This document shows, piece by piece, positions 13,281 to 24,500 of a stretch of DNA of 64,000 nucleotides (position 1 is the stretch's first letter; every line of letters begins with the position of its first letter). Position numbers and translations under genes: made by a program. Source of the DNA: Macrostomum hystrix (Eukaryota > Animalia > Platyhelminthes); NCBI GenBank assembly GCA_950097015.1, contig CATNEN010000007.1, positions 6,882,001 through 6,946,000 of the forward strand. Reading direction: 5' to 3'. The notes beneath the pieces are model-generated. The model saw only the letters and a list, made by a program, of their open reading frames with translations, had not been told where the DNA came from and ran no database searches.

Positions 13281-13529
13281 CTGATAGAAGAATCTCAACG
13301 CCTGGTTTTGGAAATGATGGGGTGGGTGTGAGACAATCAGTTGTTTATTTGTTCAGTCCTTGTGGCCCGTGTCGTCCGTGGGTTCAACAGATTTTTGGGT
13401 GAGAAGAGGAGAAAGTTTGAGCGAATTTTCTCGCGTGTGAGTATGCTTGCGTACGTGTCTGTGTGTGTTCATTGGGGTGAGTCGCAGAGGGGTCTAACAC
13501 GTTTACTTCGTGGACCAAGTCTCCTGAGC

Positions 13530-13775
13530 GGCGGCGAGGCCATATTCAATGGGGGCGCAGCCGCGGAGAGAAGGCTTGTGGGCTTGAGGCCCAACCTCCA
13601 AGGCACGGTGAGAGTGTACGCTGCCTGACGATGACAAAGTCAGGGCAGATGTACACACCTGTCTGAGCGTGTGCCCAGGAGTCAGCGAAATGGGCAGAAT
13701 TGCCTCCTCGCTGGCTGCGGGTCTAGTGTCGCCAAATGATGTGCGATTGGTCGCAGCCCTACTGCAAATATTATT
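13530..13775 (+). mobile_element. tRNA-derived SINE-like element, copy A (head truncated); a further partial copy lies at ~13432-13500
   Basis: Shares GGGGCGCAGCCGCGGAGAGAAGGC, AAAGTCAGGGCAG.TGTACACACCTGT and CCTCCTCGCTGGCTGCGGG...GCAGCCCT.CTGCAA(ATT) with the reverse complements of 20425-20712 and 26120-26435. Confidence 0.75.
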
Positions 13776-14799
13776 GTCTGTGTGTGCTCTAGAATCAGCG
13801 GAACAGGCAGAATCGGTTTAACTTACTCGTCATGATTTCTGTTGAACAGTGACAAGACTGAAGATCTCGTCCGACCTGATTGATTTGAGAACGGTACTCA
13901 CGAATTCAATCAGTAAGCTTTTCTGAAATTAAATACTGCCTGCTGCAGAGCGGTTATCGGGAAGCTGGACTGCGCTAGACCTGCAGCAAGCGGGGCTCCA
14001 CTTTAAATAGAATTTGAGCAGCTGCTCACATGGCTGGAGGGTGGGGGCGGCCTGCATTTTAAAGGCCAGGTAAACAGAAAAGTTGACAACTTTTCTTACT
14101 GGCTTCTCGCCCAAATATGAGACGGCACTCCAGCCCCACCCCAACCGCCGCTTCACCTCGGGTGACCCCACTGGAGCGGCGACAGAAACTGGCCTGTCAG
14201 CTGGAAGAGACTAAGCAGAGAGACGGCAGGTGAGTAGGCGCTCTGCTTTTGTGTGACGCTGGGCCTGTAGAAACACCCACCCGTCCTCCCTCGCCTTCCA
14301 TTGTCCTTCACGGGCAGCCGATTTTCAGCTGCAATAAGCATGTTGTTCTCCTTCAATTTGCTCAGCTTCTGAGAAAATTCTGCCGCCAAGGCAGTTGGGT
14401 TGCTGGGCCAGTGAATGAAGAGATAACGGGCGGAAAATATTTATCAGCCAGGTAAACACCGATTTGAGAGCAAGTGCCAAATGCTTGCCCTGTTACCTGT
14501 TTATCGTCACATGAAAGGCGCATTTACTTTTCTCTCTCACAGTGCGTTTTTATTTTTGCCATGTTTATTGTCCCTTTAATTAGACAATTGTCATTGACTG
14601 TCAATAACTATGAGTTTGTGCTTCATTGAAAATATTATTCTTAGGTGCCAGACATAAGTTGTTGACAGGAGGTTATTGCTGAAATTTCACCGCAATGTTT
14701 CCGCATGACGGAGAGCAGATGGAGACAGGAGCAACCTAGAGGCCCCGTGTATCTGACAGGGCGGTTTAAATTACAGTTTAGTGATCATCTAACCGCCCC

Positions 14800-15025
14800 T
14801 GAGTACACACACGCACACAGGTGTGTACATCTGCCCTCACGCATGGTCAGGCAGAGTACACTCTCACTGTGCCTTGGGGGTTGGCCCTCGATAGTTGCAC
14901 GACCAACTCCCGCACAGCACAGCCACACCTATTGCGCGTGACATCTCAAGCTAATTAGGGTTCTATTAGGGTTGGGAATCGAACCCCTAACCTTGAAGCC
15001 GTGAGTCCGACGCTACAACCCACCC
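14800..15025 (-). mobile_element. tRNA-derived SINE-like element, copy B (partial core plus tRNA-like head)
   Basis: Core CACACAGGTGTGTACATCTGCCCT...CACTGTGCCTT...TTGCACGAC. The minus strand reads TGGGTTGTAGCGTCGGACTC...GGTTCGATTCCC (A/B-box-like). Confidence 0.65.
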
Positions 15026-15580
15026 AGTTTCAATTAATTGTCTCCGAGTTCCCACAGTCTAATCCAACAGTCGCTCAAGACCGCGTCATTAGATGCATTT
15101 TATCTGTTATATTTATCTTTAGGAAATAAAGAATAAAGAGCGACAAAACTCACAGAATCTCTTAAGAATCGAAGGCGCAGATTTTTGTACGGAAAAAAGA
15201 GAAAGTTTTATAGCAATGATAGCAAGCAACTGCAGATTTTCTTTATAGAATATGCGCTCGTATTTTAAGGATCTCCGAATAAAAGTTCTTTTCTAAATCT
15301 AAATCTGCTTCCATACACAGAAGGACTTACTGAATATACTGACCTATGCACTACTGACAGTAGGGTGTAGCAAAATTTGAAAGATATTTTTACCGAATAT
15401 AGATTTTGTGAGATTTAATTAATCCGATAAATACTAAAACTCAATCAACTAGGATAGCGGAACGATAAAGACGGTAGAGTTTGTAAGGCTTTTTTAATTA
15501 TCCGGCTAAAAATTTATGTAGCTTAGGGTTTTCGCAGTTAGTTAAGCGTTAAGTTTAGATCGGAGATCACTGCCACTCAG

Positions 15581-18500
15581 TCAGGTCACAGCTTTGCGGC
15601 GCCTGGGCTCTTCTGCCTCCGCTGACTCGACCCTGTAGGCCTTTTGGAGTTTGGCAGCGCTGCCGCGGCCGCCGATATCCTTCAGGTAGGCCTTGTTGAT
15701 GAACTTTAAGAGACTGTCGATACGGTTGGGCAGGGTCACATTCAACTGTTCGTCAAGGTTCTGGCTCCTGTAGTCCGTGTTGGCCAGGTTGTGGCCGAAG
15801 TAAGCTCTGGCGGCACGGCTCTGCCCCAGGCCGACCCACATCATGACTCTGCGGTGTGGGACAGGAGGAGAGCTTTGCGATCCTGAGCGGTGTGGGACAG
15901 GAGGAGAGCTCTGGGATCCTGAGCGGTGTGGGACAGGAGGAGAGCTCTGGGATCCTGAGCGGTGTGGGACAGGAGGAGAGCTCTGGGATCCTGAGCGGTG
16001 TGGGACAGGAGGAGAGCTCTGGGATCCTGAGCGGTGTGGGACAGGAGGAGAGCTCTGGGATCCTGAGCGGTGTGGGACAGGAGGAGAGCTCTGGGATCCT
16101 GAGCGGTGTGGGACAGGAGGAGAGCTCTGGGATCCTGAGCGGTGTGGGACAGGAGGAGATCAGAGCTCTGGGATCTTGAGCGGTGTGGGACAGGAGGAGA
16201 TCAGACGTGGGACAGTGTGGGACAGGAGGAGATCAGAGCTTTGGGATCCTGAGCGGTGTGGGACAGGAGGAGATCAGAGCTCTGGGATCTTGAGCGGTGT
16301 GGGACAGGAGGAGAGCTCTGGGATCCTGAGCGGTGTGGGACAGGAGGAGAGCTCTGGGATCCTGAGCGGTGTGGGACAGGAGGAGAGCTCTGGGATCCTG
16401 AGCGGTGTGGGACAGGAGGAGAGCTCTGGGATCCTGAGCGGTGTGGGACAGGAGGAGAGCTCTGGGATCCTGAGCGGTGTGGGACAGGAGGAGAGCTCTG
16501 GGATCCTGAGCGGTGTGGGACAGGAGGAGAGCTCTGGGATCCTGAGCGGTGTGGGACAGGAGGAGATCAGAGCTCTGGGTTCCTTATCTTTGTGGGACAG
16601 TAATGGATCATAGGCTCGTAAATATTTGGATCTGAGTTAGGGTACGATTCAAATTAGAGTTACAGATGGTGCATAATTTCAAAGCATATAACTGATTATA
16701 AAGAATCGCCATAAACCATAACTACGAGTATTTGGTCATGAGTAAGCCAAAAGAGCTGCCTGAACATGTGAAATTTTTCGTGATTTCTTGCTTGTGGATG
16801 GATGGATCGGTGAAAAGGAATTGGGAGATAAACTGCCAAACACGGGAGACGGAAGGCTGGCATGCTCCTTATTTCCAAGCTGCAGTTCGTCACTGGTCTG
16901 AATTCCATCGCGGCTCCTTGTCTGCAGCATCGTCTCCAGCACGCGTGAATCGAGTGAGAGCACTCGCGTATTCACGCAGCGTCAATGGTTTTCTTCCAAC
17001 GAAAAGCAGGAAAAAAACTTGTAGGCTGACTGTTTTTTAGGGAAAAATCTATTTGTGTGGCAGTACATCACAATGGTATTGTAGGCTTTTGTTTAACTAC
17101 CTTGAAGTAAAAGTGGCTTAAAAAAGCAGTTGCTGCTTTGTTCACTCACTTCTGCACCATAAAGTCGACCATCTCGTATTCGTTCTCCCGCTTCTCTACA
17201 TCAGACTTCACCTTGGCGAATGCCTCGTTTAGAATGGAGACGAACATGTTGAGCAGGATAAAGATGACAAAGATGGTGTAAGTAGCGAAGATCAGCGGAC
17301 CAAGGACCGGCTCGGCCTCGCACAGGTCCAAGAACTTGAACTTTCCTAGCGCGATCTGCATGAGCTGCTCCATGGTGTACAGAAAGGTACTGTAGCCGTA
17401 CAAGCGCTGCATGAAAACCAGGTGGAAGGTCTGCACGAAGGCGCAGAAGATGATGAAGAACATCAGGAAAAACTGGCGGATGTCCTTGGCAGCCATGCGC
17501 ACAACGTCGCCCATCATGCCGATGCGCTTGTTGAAGCGAAGCAACCGGATAAACTTCAGAGTCGATACGAACACAATAAAGCCGGTGAAGTACGTGAGGT
17601 ACTCGTTCCAGAATGCCAGATACTGGAAGTTGAGGTACACATTGCCACCGTACTTGCTGAACTCAGCTGTCAGCCTGGAGGTCTCATACAGCACGTAGCC
17701 GTACGAGGCAATGCTCAGCACGCTGCCAAATAGAATGAACAGTTCGGCGATGTTCCAGATGTTGCAGAAGTATTCTTTGCGCTGCTTGTACAAGTTGCGG
17801 ATCTCCTTGATGATCATGACAACAAGCATTACGCAGAAGAGCACCTGGCAGGCGATCTCAAAAGATTTCACACCGGACGCTAAGAAGCTGAGAAGGTTGG
17901 CAGCCTGGAACCGGTAGATGCCGAGCATGCCACCAGATCCCGAGAGCTCGAAAACAATGGTCCCCACGCCGAAAAGGTTCACATTCGGATTGTAGAACGC
18001 CAGATCCAAGAACACAGCTCGGGTCTGCCTGTCCAGCCAACGGAAAGTCTTCAGCTCATTAATGTTGTCCTGAATGGTCTTGAGCGAGCCGCGGAACTGA
18101 AACACGTAGCCGCCAGTGTCGTACGTGTACTGCCTGGCCATGTAGGGGCCCATGTTCTTCAGCTGCTCTCCGCTTGTGTGTTGAAATGCTTCGAACTGCG
18201 GCTTCGCGGCTGTCGTGTTCGCGTCATAGGCCTTCCACTTGGGATTGAAGTTGCCAGTCTCCTCAATCGAGAAGCTGTAGGTCTGTACGCAATGCCCAAC
18301 CAGGTAGCGGACACTGGGCAGCACCGAGCAGGTGTCCATGCGGACGCGCTTCTGCCGCATGATGGCGTAGCCGACCAGACGGGCCACCCGGTCCCCGGTG
18401 AAGCCACGCTGCTGCAGCGGTGGGTCATTATTATACCAGGGTCCGGCCCGAATGGCTGGCACGAATTTCGTCTGCAGCCAGCTCCAGAACTCATCTTCCT

Positions 18501-21500
18501 TGGTTATGCCGGGTATGCCCTCACCACTAGACGCACCCATGTCGGGCAGAATCAGGCGCTCCATCTGCTCCTTTAGATTGTACGCGTTCGGGTCCCTAAA
18601 GGAAAAGGTGACGAACAGCAGCAGAAAGTAGAACATAAAATAAAACGCGATCTCGCGGAGGATGTCGAATATCTTTTTCTCCTTCAGGCGGCGCTCTCTG
18701 GCCCGCTCAAGCAGCTCGGCGTTGGGCGGTGGGATACCACTACGGCGCTGGCCATCCATACCGACCTCCCCATCATCGTGTAGCCACTCCTCATCCATTC
18801 GGAGTCCGTTGCGCTGGCCCAACTCGTTCAGAACCTCCTCCTCGTCGTCCATGAACTCTTCCTCATCGACAGAGCTCTTCTTGCACAATAGGGCCATGAA
18901 GGCGGCCATCATGAGGACCTTAAGTGGTTGGGACAGCATCACCGATGTAAAAAACGAAATGAAGAGAGAGGAAATCCACTTCTTGCAGGTTTCATCTCCG
19001 AATTGGATGCCGTAGAACGTGGTGAACAAGGCAGACACAGCTGTGCTGATAATCAGTACGGCCCATGCAATGATGCGCACCCACCAAGGAAAGCGAACTG
19101 CTTTCTCCAACTTTTTCTCATCATCGTTCACACTGACGTCAATCTGTCGAGCCGACGCAGGCAGCGTAGGTCCTCCAGGCAAAGCTCCGGATGACGTTGC
19201 AGTTTCGGCTCCACCTTTCTGCTCTGCTTGAATCTCCCCGTCGTCTCCGTCGAAGTGATCGTTGATGGCCTTCTTAAGCTGGTTGATGTAGCCGACGCGC
19301 AGTCGTGACCGGCGGAACAGTTCCATGACGAGGAAAAGCGGCAGGAAGGAGATCAGGTTGGTCACAACACCGACGAAAACCATTCTCGGCGTGAGTATGA
19401 ATGGTCCGATAGTGAGTCCGTCGCTGGCCGCCGGCTTGGTCGGGCCCTCATTCTGGTAGAACATACATGTTGTAACCATGGACATGAACAAAAGCATCAG
19501 GCAGCAGGCCACCCGCTCAACGCGCGTAAAGCGAGACTCGGGCGGTCTAGCCATAATGGACAGCCAGAGGTGGCCGTCAGTTAGGCGCTTCTTCGTGTGA
19601 GTGGAGAACATGTAGCTGAAGTCACCCAGCTCCTGGTTGCCGGCCACTGGCACAACCCGGTCCACCGCACCGTCGTCTTCCTCTACAGCCATCCAGCGAT
19701 TGACAACGAAGTGATAGCGTCGCCGACTCTGCAGGTCAATGACGGCCACGGAGTTGCAGTACCACGAAGCAGCAGAGCCTTCACCGCTGTTGTCGTGCCA
19801 GAGACGCAGGAAGTTTAGCGAGCCGAGTGGCCTGCGGGTGTTTAGAATGCACAGATGATGTGGATTGGACGGGCTGACAAACAGTCCATCGGTTTGGTAG
19901 TTCCGGGGTTGGTTTGAATACGAGCTAGATTTTATGCGAAATAGCAATTAGAAGTCCCTTCCTAAAGCTATCCAAGGTATTATGGACTTGCCTCTCTACA
20001 GCTAGAAGGAAACGATCGACGCATCCGCGCTGCAAAACCTTTCTGTTCTTGTCCATCAGGTGACGCGCGTCCGTCTCGTCGCGCTCGCCGCTCAGTATGA
20101 AGAATACGTTGGAGTTCGTGCCAGCGCCACGACGCATGCCGGTGCTGACTACCACTTCGTACAGGTACTTGTGGTCGGGGTTGTTATCCAGTAAGGGCGT
20201 CACTCCAAGCTGAAAGTTAACGAAGAAGTTGACTGTTACAGTTTTGCTGGACTTAATCTTACCCCATGTCCTAACGGAGGTATGGATAAAACGGAGTTGC
20301 TCAGACTAGCCTTGAGTTCGTGTCCACGCTAGTGCCAGCAAATATTCTTTTCTGCCAGAAGTATCCTTCGGAGTTTTACTCCGGTTTCAGACAAGTAACA
20401 ACCAGTATATAGTAAAAAACGAATAGTATTTGCAGGAGGGCTGCGGACAATGGCACATCATTCCGTGACACTTAAACCGCAGCCAGCGAGGAGGTAAATC
20501 CTGACTCCTCTGCAGACTCCTGAACGCACGCACATGAATACCGTACGCAGGCACACGCTCACACAGGTGTACACACCTGCCCTGACTTTCTCATCGTTAG
20601 GCAGTGTACACTTTCACTGTGCCTTAAGGTTGTCCCTCAAGGGCGAAAATTGCACGACAAGCCCCCAAGCCTTCTATCCGCGAGAGGAAAACGCGCTAAA
20701 CCGCTCTGCCACTCACCCCCCAGCAACCAGTATCCTTATATAAATACCTTCTCTAAATCCTTTTTGTCCCAATGCCGCGCCCAGATAAAAACGGCGACAA
20801 AGATGACAAAGATGACTATCTCAGTGATAAACAGTGTCGGATTCTTGGTGAAGTCGAAATTGGAGAACACGTAGTCCCAGTCGATGGTGTTCGGCGACTC
20901 AACCCAGCCGCCGGCGAATGAGGTCAAGTGGGTGCACATGCAGTGCGTGGCGCTGACAGTTGTGAGGGGCCCCACTGTACAGCCGCCGGTGCTCCAGGAC
21001 GACTGGCCGGGCGTGATCGCATAGCAGCTGGCTGAAAAGATGCGCAGCGTGTACTTGATGGTAAACTGGTTGCTGTAGGGGTAAGGCACGGTAGGCCGGG
21101 TTAGTGAGTCGTAGCGGTTCCACTCCGCCTCTGACAGCTCCCTGACGCCGAACTTGACTTTGTCAACGTTTCGATCCCAGTTTGATGCGTGCTTCTTCAC
21201 TCGAGCCTTGGCCTCTTTGAACTGCGCGTTGGTTACGAAGAAGATGAACGGGTCCGGATCGCTGGGCCCCGGCGTTTCGTTGCAGAACCGAGTGTGGGTG
21301 GGAATCATGCCCCACCAGTCAAAGCCTTTGCTTGCGTCCGTGAGCGACGGCGCCTTCCATAGCCGGCCCACCACGAGGAACTGGCGGCAGGGCGTCACCC
21401 CCAGTGTGAAGTTCTCGAAGCGCACCTGGAAATGCACGGACTGGTCCGAGCCAGTCAGCTGAAAGTCGTGCAGGATCAGCTTCTGCTCAGCTAGTCGGTT

Positions 21501-24500
21501 CTTTCCGAATGGTCCGTCGGCTGTGCCTGGAATTTCCTTCGGCTCAGGGATTTGTGGAATCGGCTGCAGCGGATTCGGGTCGGTGTAGTTTGGCTCTACA
21601 AATGTCGGATCTTTGCGCAGGAACAGACCGAACCAGCTGCTGCCAGTGTCGGAGACTGCTATCTCCGTGCCATTGTCGTCCGCTAGGCTCATTGTCACAA
21701 CCTCTGAGGTGGTCAGAACATTGCAATCGCCATTGTTAGTTGCAGCGCTAGCATATGGATTGGTCGGCGTAGCCATGGCGGTCAGGGCAACGGCGCTTCC
21801 GCTCCCGGTGCAACGTCTCTTAGAACGCCCGGTGAGTTGGCACAGGTTGGTCGGGAGGGTGACGCTAGAGCGCCCGGTTCGCACCTTGCTGCCACTCATG
21901 GAGGTCGGATCGGACTTTGTCAGCACCAGGCTGAGCTGGGAGGACTTCATGTACATCGGTTTGTCGTTTAGCACCAGCTTGGAGCTCATGGAATACGCAA
22001 GCGTTGTGAGCGCGGACATGCAGCTGGAGGTGACCTCGGAAGCAACCTGGCTTTGCACAACGCTGTTTGTCTCAACCACGAAGGCACGGCTTGCCTGCCC
22101 GACAGGCTGGTCCAGGAAGCCGCCACGGCTGGACTCCCAGTCTGTGTCGTAGTCACCGTATGAGGTGGCCATGGCGGAGCGCTGGTCCGTCAGTGTTCCG
22201 TGCGTCATGTGTACACTGGAGGCCTGAAGAATGGAGATGGAGTCAATCCGTCATCAGTTTGCTGTGTTGGCTTACAGTAAAATCAGGCCATCGTAACTGA
22301 CTGCTCAACAGATGCATCTCACCGTCATTGTTTGGGCCAGAGTGGCCATGACAGGCATCGCCAGCTCTGTCAGCCGCTCCTTTGACAGGGAGACGCTGAG
22401 AGCAACCACCGCCTTGGCTGCCTCCATCGCCTTTTTCTTGCAGTTTCTCTGAAATGTTGTGTTGGAATGTACGACAGTATTAGCTCTCTGCGCACACAGG
22501 CGCACATCCAAACAGGTGCGCACAACTACCCTGACTTCTACATCGGCAAGCTTGACGACCGTCACTCTCGATGAGGGATGACCCCTCCAGGGCGAAAAAA
22601 TGCCCAAGCCTTCTCTTCTCGGCTGTGCATCTCGCCAAAAAGCCGAATTCTCCATCCACACACTGATCATTCAAGTAAAGTTCGAACCACTGACCTGCGC
22701 CGTCCTGGACAGGTCATCCGTATCCGCCGTGACCACTTGCATTGTGTTGGCCACCAGGCGAATCTGCTCATAGTTGGCCACCGTCATGAAGGCGAAGGCG
22801 CCGGACAGCACAGACATCACCTGGGCGCGCTGGTCCCGATTGCGTTCGTACGCGTCTCTAGCCGATTTTGACAGCGCTTTCAGTTTCTAGCGGCAGCGAG
22901 AGTGAGTTTTCAGGAGTTTTCAGTACTTCCCCTTTCAAAGAAATATCGATGCTGAAATTTGATTAATTACTCGCTGCTACTAGTAAACTACAAAATCTCA
23001 TTGCGTAGCACCGATTGCGCGGCATTCGCCAGAAATAGGATCAACAGAATCCGCCCCAAGCACAATCGGCCAGAAAACAGAGTCCGCCAAAAGCACAATC
23101 GGCCAGAAAACAGAATCCGCCCCAAGCACAATCCGCCAGAAAACTGAATCCGCCCCAAGCACAATCCGCCAGAAAACAGAATCCGCCCCAAGCACAATCC
23201 GCCAGACAACAGAATCCGCCCCAAGCACAATCCGCCAGAAAACAGAATCCGCCCCAAGCACAATCCGCCAGAAAACAGAATCCGCCCCAAGCACAATCCG
23301 CCAGAAAACAGAATCCGCCCCAAGCACAATCCGCCAGAAAACAGAATCCGCCCCAAGCACAATCCGCCAGAAAACAGAATCCGCCCCAAGCACAATCCGC
23401 CAGACAACAGGATCCGCCCCAAGCACAGTCCGCCAGAAAACAGAATCCGCCCCAAGCACAATCCGCCAGACAACAGAATCCGCCCCAAGCACAATCCGCC
23501 AGACAACAGAATCCGCCCCAAGCACGATCCGCCCCAACAGAATCCGTCCCAATAGATCTTCTCCTATCCTCTCCGATTTAGGGAAAATCACTTTCCCCAG
23601 CCCTATGGCATGTCCTGAACTAGTGGTATTTTCATGCGAATTTTTTAAAGCGATAGTTTATTAAAAGAGGACTCGCAATAAGCCAAAAAGCGGGTGCAGC
23701 AATGGTTAAACAAGCGAAAATGTTCAATTTTTTATCAAATTGGCAAAGCAAGGGTGGGACAGAGAAGCTTTGAAGCTATAATGAGCCATGTTTAGGGCTG
23801 GAGCCTTTCACCAAGCAGGCACACAAGGCGAAAAGGCTTCGCCACCAATTTCACGAAAAAAGCTCTCTTTTTGCTGTAAAAAACAGTTTCTTATTTTGAT
23901 GGGAATTGTTAGCCCTCATTTTTAGGCTCAGCACAAGCCTGAACACCCTTTCAAAATGCGGCAGCAACAATCGAAATAACTCCATCTGAATATCAAGTCT
24001 TGTAATTAAATATTGGCTTCAGTGAACAGAATAACCAGAGCTAGAATTTTGCCAAATCAGAATCCGAACAAATTCAGCTAGACCAGCCTTACTAAATAAA
24101 ATTTTGGTATGCAGGACAAACGCACTGAGTACATAGAGCTGCAAGCAGAGAGCTCAGAGACATCAGAAGCAAAAGCGACGCAAAATATTATGCGAGAGTT
24201 GAGACTGCGTAAACAAAGCAGTGTATTTCACTGCTGGCGGGTCAAGCAGATTTGGTCTATGACCAAACTTTAAAAAATTCTAACGATAAATAGGAGATAA
24301 GTGTATCTGGCTATTGACTATAGATTTCTATAAAGACCGATTTTTGCGAAATGGATAGATAAACTTCATAGGCTGAAATTAGGTCCCGTGTTACTGCTGG
24401 CCCGCTCACAATGCAAAATAATTGGTTGTCCATGATATCGCGTAAATTATAGTCTTTTTCGAATTTTGCCTTTGTTTTTCTTTAGGCCTCGCAAACCCAG

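Noticed and set aside
15851-16580. CRISPR-like 36-bp repeats (also 53735-55135)
   Set aside because: The units are head-to-tail with no unique spacers, there are no cas genes, and the context is eukaryotic.
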